DNA of 64,000 nt. It comes from Macrostomum lignano (lineage: Eukaryota). Positions 59,660 through 64,000 of the stretch are shown in pieces; position 1 is the first letter of the stretch; each line of letters opens with the position of its first letter. The translations under genes were made by a program, and so were the position numbers. The stretch spans positions 372,001 through 436,000 of the forward strand of contig NIVC01000713.1 of assembly GCA_002269645.1 (NCBI GenBank), in the 5' to 3' direction. A model generated the notes under the pieces. The model ran no database searches, was not told where the DNA came from, and saw only the letters and a program-made list of their open reading frames with translations.

Positions 59660-62440
59660 TTCCTTAGTTCCCCTCTCCCCTAACCTTGGATTTCCTCCCT
59701 CTAACCCTAGCTTCTCTCCTTACTGACCCCTGGCTTCTCTCCTCCCTGACCCTGGCTTCACTCCCCTAACCCTGGCTTCCCTTCCCTGACCCTGGCTTTT
59801 CTCCTCCCCTGACCCCTGGCTTCTCTCCTCCCTGACCCTGGCTTCCTTCCCCTGACCCTGGCTTCCCTCCCCTGACCCTGGCTTCCTTCCCCTGACCCTG
59901 GCTTCCTTCCCCTGACCCTGGCTTCTCTCTACTTGGCCCCGGCTTCCCTCCCCTGACCCTGGCTTCCCTCCCCTGACCCTGGCTTCCTTCCCCTGACCCT
60001 GTCTTCCCTCCCCTGACCCTGGCTTCCATCCCCTGACCCTGGCTTCTCTCCCCTTACCCTGGCTTCCCTCCCCTGACCCTGGCTTCTCTCCCCCTGACCC
60101 TGGCTTCCCTCCCTTGACCCTGGCTTCTCTCCCATACATGCGCAACAGTCGGCCGAGTCGGCCGATCCGGCCGACCGATTTGGCGGCCAACCAAGGAAGT
60201 CGCAAAAATGCCCACCCGAAAAAAACGCAAAGTAGTAGTACTAAGTAGCTGACGAGGCATTTTGAGTTAATAAGACAGTTATAGTTACTCCTGCCGTTTA
60301 CCCAAAGTTGCGTTAATTTTGCGTTAGGGTTTTTTTTACATGTAAGTCGCATTTTTGGCCAAAAACTACGTCGCATTTTTGTTAAAACTAAGTCGCATGG
60401 CCGACCGAATTTTGGAGGTTGCGCATGTATGTTCTCTCCCCTGACCCTAGCTTCTCTCCCCCTGACCCTGGCTTCCCTCCCTTGACCCTGGCTTCTCTCC
60501 CCTGACCCTAGCTTCCCTCCATTGACCCTGGCTTCCCTCCCTTGACCCTGGCTTCTCTCCCCTGACTCTGGCTTCCCTCCCCTGACCCTGGCTTCCTTCC
60601 CCTGACCCTGTCTTCCCTCCCCTGACCCTGGCTTCCATCCCCTGACCCTGGCTTCTCTCCCCTTACCCTGGCTTCCTTCCTCTGACCCTGGCTTCTCCCC
60701 CCCTGACCCTGGCTTCCCTCCCTTGACCCTGGCTTCTCTCCCCTGACCCTAGCTTCCCTCCCTTGACCCTGGCTTCCCTCCCTTGACCCTGGCTTCTCTC
60801 CCCTGACTCTGGCTTCCCTCCCCTGACCCTGGCTTCCTTCCCCTGACCCTGTCTTCCCTCCCCTGACCCTGGCTTCCATCCCCTGACCCTGGCTTCTCTC
60901 TGCCTGGCCCTGGCTTTTCTCCTTACTGACCCTGGCTTCTCTCCCCTGACTCTGGCTTCCCTCCCCTGACCCTGGCTTTCTTCCCCTGACCCTGGCTTCC
61001 CTCCCTTGACCCTGGATTCTCTCCCCCTGACCCTGGCTTCCCTCCCTTGACCCTGGCTTCTCTCCCCTGACCCTAGCTTCCCTCCCTTGACCCTGGCTTC
61101 CCTCCCTTGACCCTGGCTTCTCTCCCCTGACTCTGGCTTCCCTCCCCTGACCCTGGCTTCCTTCCCCTGACCCTGTCTTCCCTCCCCTGACCCTGGCTTC
61201 CAACCCCTGACCCTGGCTTCTCTCTGCCTGGCCCTGGCTTTTCTCCTTACTGACCCCTGGCTTCTCTCTCCCTGACCCTGGCTTCTCTCCCCTGACCCTG
61301 GCTTCCCTCCCCCTGACCCTGTCTTCCCTCCCCTGACCCTGGCTTCCCTCCCCTGACCCTAGCTTCTCTCTGCCTGGCCCTGGCTTTTCTCCTTACTGAC
61401 CCCTGGCTTCTCTCTCCCTGACCCTGGCTTCCCTCCCCTGACCCTGGTTTTCTTCCCCTGACCCTGGCTTCCCTCCCTTGACCCTGGCTTCTCTCCCCTG
61501 ACCCTGGCTTCCCTCCCCCTGACCCTGTCTTCCCTCCCCTGACCCTGGTTTCCCTCCCCTGACCCTGGCTTCTCTCTGCCTGGCCCTGGCTTTTCTCCTT
61601 ACTGACCCCTGGCTTCTCTCTCCCTGACCCTGGCTTCCCTCCCCTGACCCTGGCTTCTCTCCCCTGGCCCTAGCTTCCCTCCCCTGACCCTGGCTTCCTT
61701 CCTCTGACCCTGGCTTCTCTCCACTTGGCCCTGGCTTCTCTCCCCCTGACCCTGGCTTCCCTCCCCTGATCCTGGCTTCTCTCCCCTGACCCTGGCTTCC
61801 CTCCCCTGACCCTGGCTTCTCTCCCCTGACCCTGGCTTCCCTCCCCTGACCCTGGCTTCCTTCCTCTGACCCTTGCTTCTCTCCCCCTGACCCTGGCTTC
61901 CCTCCCTTGACCCTGGCTTCTCTCCCCCTGACCCTGGCTTCCCTCCTCTGGCCCTGGCTTCCCTCCCCTGATCCTGGCTTCCCTCTCTTGACCCTGGCTT
62001 CTTTCCTCCCCTGACCCTGGCTTCTCTCTGCCTGGCCCTGGCTTTTCTCCTTACTGACCCCTGGCTTCTCTCCCCCTGACCCTGGCTTCCTTCCCCTGAC
62101 CGTGGCTTCTCTCCCCCTGACCCCTGGCTTCCCTCCTCCTGACCTGTGGCTTCCCTCCCTCCTGACCCCTGGCTTCCCTCCTCCTGACCCGTGGCTTCCC
62201 TCCCTCCTGACCCCTGGCTTCCCTCCTCCTGACCCGTGGCTTCCCTCCCTCCTGACCCGTGGCTTCCCTCCCTCCTGACCCGTGGCTTCCCTCCCTCCTG
62301 ACCCCTGGCTTCCCTCCTCCTGACCCGTGGCTTCCCTCCCTCCTGACCCGTGGCTTCCCTCCCTCCTGACCCGTGGCTTCCCTCCCTCCTGACCCCTGGA
62401 TTCCCTCCCTCCTGACCCCATGTTTCCTTCCCTCTTGACC
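59660..62440. repeat. C/T-rich about 20-bp minisatellite (CCCCTGACCCTGGCTTCCCT), about 2.8 kb
   Basis: Tandem units with higher-order duplicated blocks; source of the GREARVRG ORFs. Confidence 0.95.
60133..60431. mobile_element. 299-bp non-autonomous hAT-like MITE with 14-bp TIR CATACATGCGCAAC and 8-bp TSD TTCTCTCC
   Basis: CATACATGCGCAAC at 60133; GTTGCGCATGTATG ending at 60431; TTCTCTCC at 60125-60132 and 60432-60439. Confidence 0.9.
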
Positions 62441-64000
62441 CATGGCTCCATCTCTCCTTACCCGTATCTTCTGCCCTGCTCTGCCCTCTTGCTCTGACGT
62501 CTGCTGTCTGCTCTACCTTGCTCCTTTGCCCCCTGCTCTTCTGTCCTCTGGTTTTCTGCCCCCTGCTCTGCCCCCGCTGCTTTGCTCCCTGCTGTCTACT
62601 CTACCCTGCTTCTCCGCCCTCTGCTAAAGTATTAGTACCAAGCAGCACAGCTTTTTTAATAAAAAAATCAAATTTTTTTTGTCAATTTATTGAAAGCACA
62701 TTCTTCCTTCAGAAAAAGCTACCGGTGAAGCCCAGCTGCTGTCCCATTGGCACCTTTGCTTTTGCCTCTGGTGCGATTGGCCTAGCAACAAACAAGCAGC
62801 TGTTCACCCACAAAAGCTATCCAAGCGCGAGCTTTCTTACTATATATGTACACACTGAGCTGAAATTAGTTTGTACGTACCGCCACTATGAGTTCTGATA
62901 CACTGACATCTGGTGCAACCGTTACGGCCGGGTCTGCCGCTGGTTCCACTTAAGCAGCCGCCTCAAACATCGCTGCTGCAGCCGAAACTGAAGCTGGCTC
63001 CGCCAAAGCTATTTTTTAATTCTTTAATATATGTCGACAATCCCTTTAACATTTAGATCACCGAATTCTGTTAATACATGTTCAGATCTTGTAAAGCTCA
63101 ACAAAAGCACCCATTTGTCATCGCCCTTTTCCAATATTGCTACTCGCATTACTCCCTGTGCAATGGGAGCCACACTCGACGTTTTTGGTGTCGTGTTTTT
63201 AGGTTGTTTATGGGTGGATTTTCCATTTGTAAAAGCATTTTTCGAATCAATGCAGTTTGTAACATCGGAGCTTCATATATTAAATTGCTGTGATTTCTGG
63301 GAGACATTTTTTCGAGACGATACTGCTCTGTGACAGGGCGGTGTTCAACGTGTGCCATTTTAATTCAATACTTGATCACAAAGCTTGGAGCAAGTGCCAC
63401 TAGACTTCAGTGTCAGGCTTTCAGTTTAAGCAAATAATCCAAAATAATTTTGGCTGTACCATTTTGGACAAACAATGACCAACCCTGTCGAAATCCTGTT
63501 GTTTTTACAGGTTCTTATATATCTACAAGAAACTGACAGGTGTTTTTTGTTGTTACCGCCAGTTAATTTTTTAAACTACTGCTCTTCATGAAGACGCGTG
63601 CAAAAAATACAGATATAAACTTTCATGTTACATACAATTATGACCAGGAGCTTTCCGATTTTAGTTGGTCATATAATTTTGTCGAATACTTGGTTTTGTG
63701 TTTCTGGAGTTATTTCTTAAATAGCATGCGCTCCGCAAAATTTTGTTGATTTAGCTTTACACTCCAGAAGTAAATTTTTCTCAGTGAACTCACATTTTAG
63801 TTCGCTCTTAGTGGTGCAGCTTAAGCATGTTTCGAATGCTCCCAGCAAGCTGCCGAGAGTTCCTGCACTGGCAAGAAAGGACGCTGCCTTGGTGTAGGGC
63901 GCTGAAGTGAACAAAAGTGCGCTCGATCGTCAGCGGTGCACATTTGCTGCATGGGCATTCCGTTTTGTGCTGAGCGGTGACGTACGCTTTTTTGAGGGGT

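Noticed and set aside
59720-62451. GREARVRG/SGEGSQGQ ORFs up to 352 aa
   Set aside because: Translations of the C/T-rich minisatellite.
62640-64000. Possible small exons or ORFs at the right edge
   Set aside because: Frames are short or contain stops; I could not assemble a phase-consistent model or recognise a family.

Overview
Eukaryotic (animal) genomic DNA with GC-rich exons and introns packed with minisatellite arrays. This pattern suggests a Macrostomum-like flatworm, which is an inference, not an identification. Left to right: the first coding exon of a DEAH-box helicase (-); a complete 8-exon glycogen phosphorylase (-) whose first intron holds a BEL/Pao relic and a hAT-type MITE; a head-to-head 7-exon CEP120 homologue (+) that appears to lack the C2B/C2C domains; a partly resolved uncharacterised gene (-); a tyrosine-recombinase retrotransposon (DIRS/Ngaro-like) whose RT is split by an 878-bp solo LTR with a 4-bp TSD; an intronless 197-aa orphan ORF; a 6-exon MORC gene (-); a TBP gene (-); a decayed 1.29-kb mariner; and a large C/T-rich array with a second hAT-type MITE inserted. 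Most long ORFs in the supplied track are artefacts of tandem repeats. Exon boundaries were derived by hand from GT/AG sites and phase consistency.
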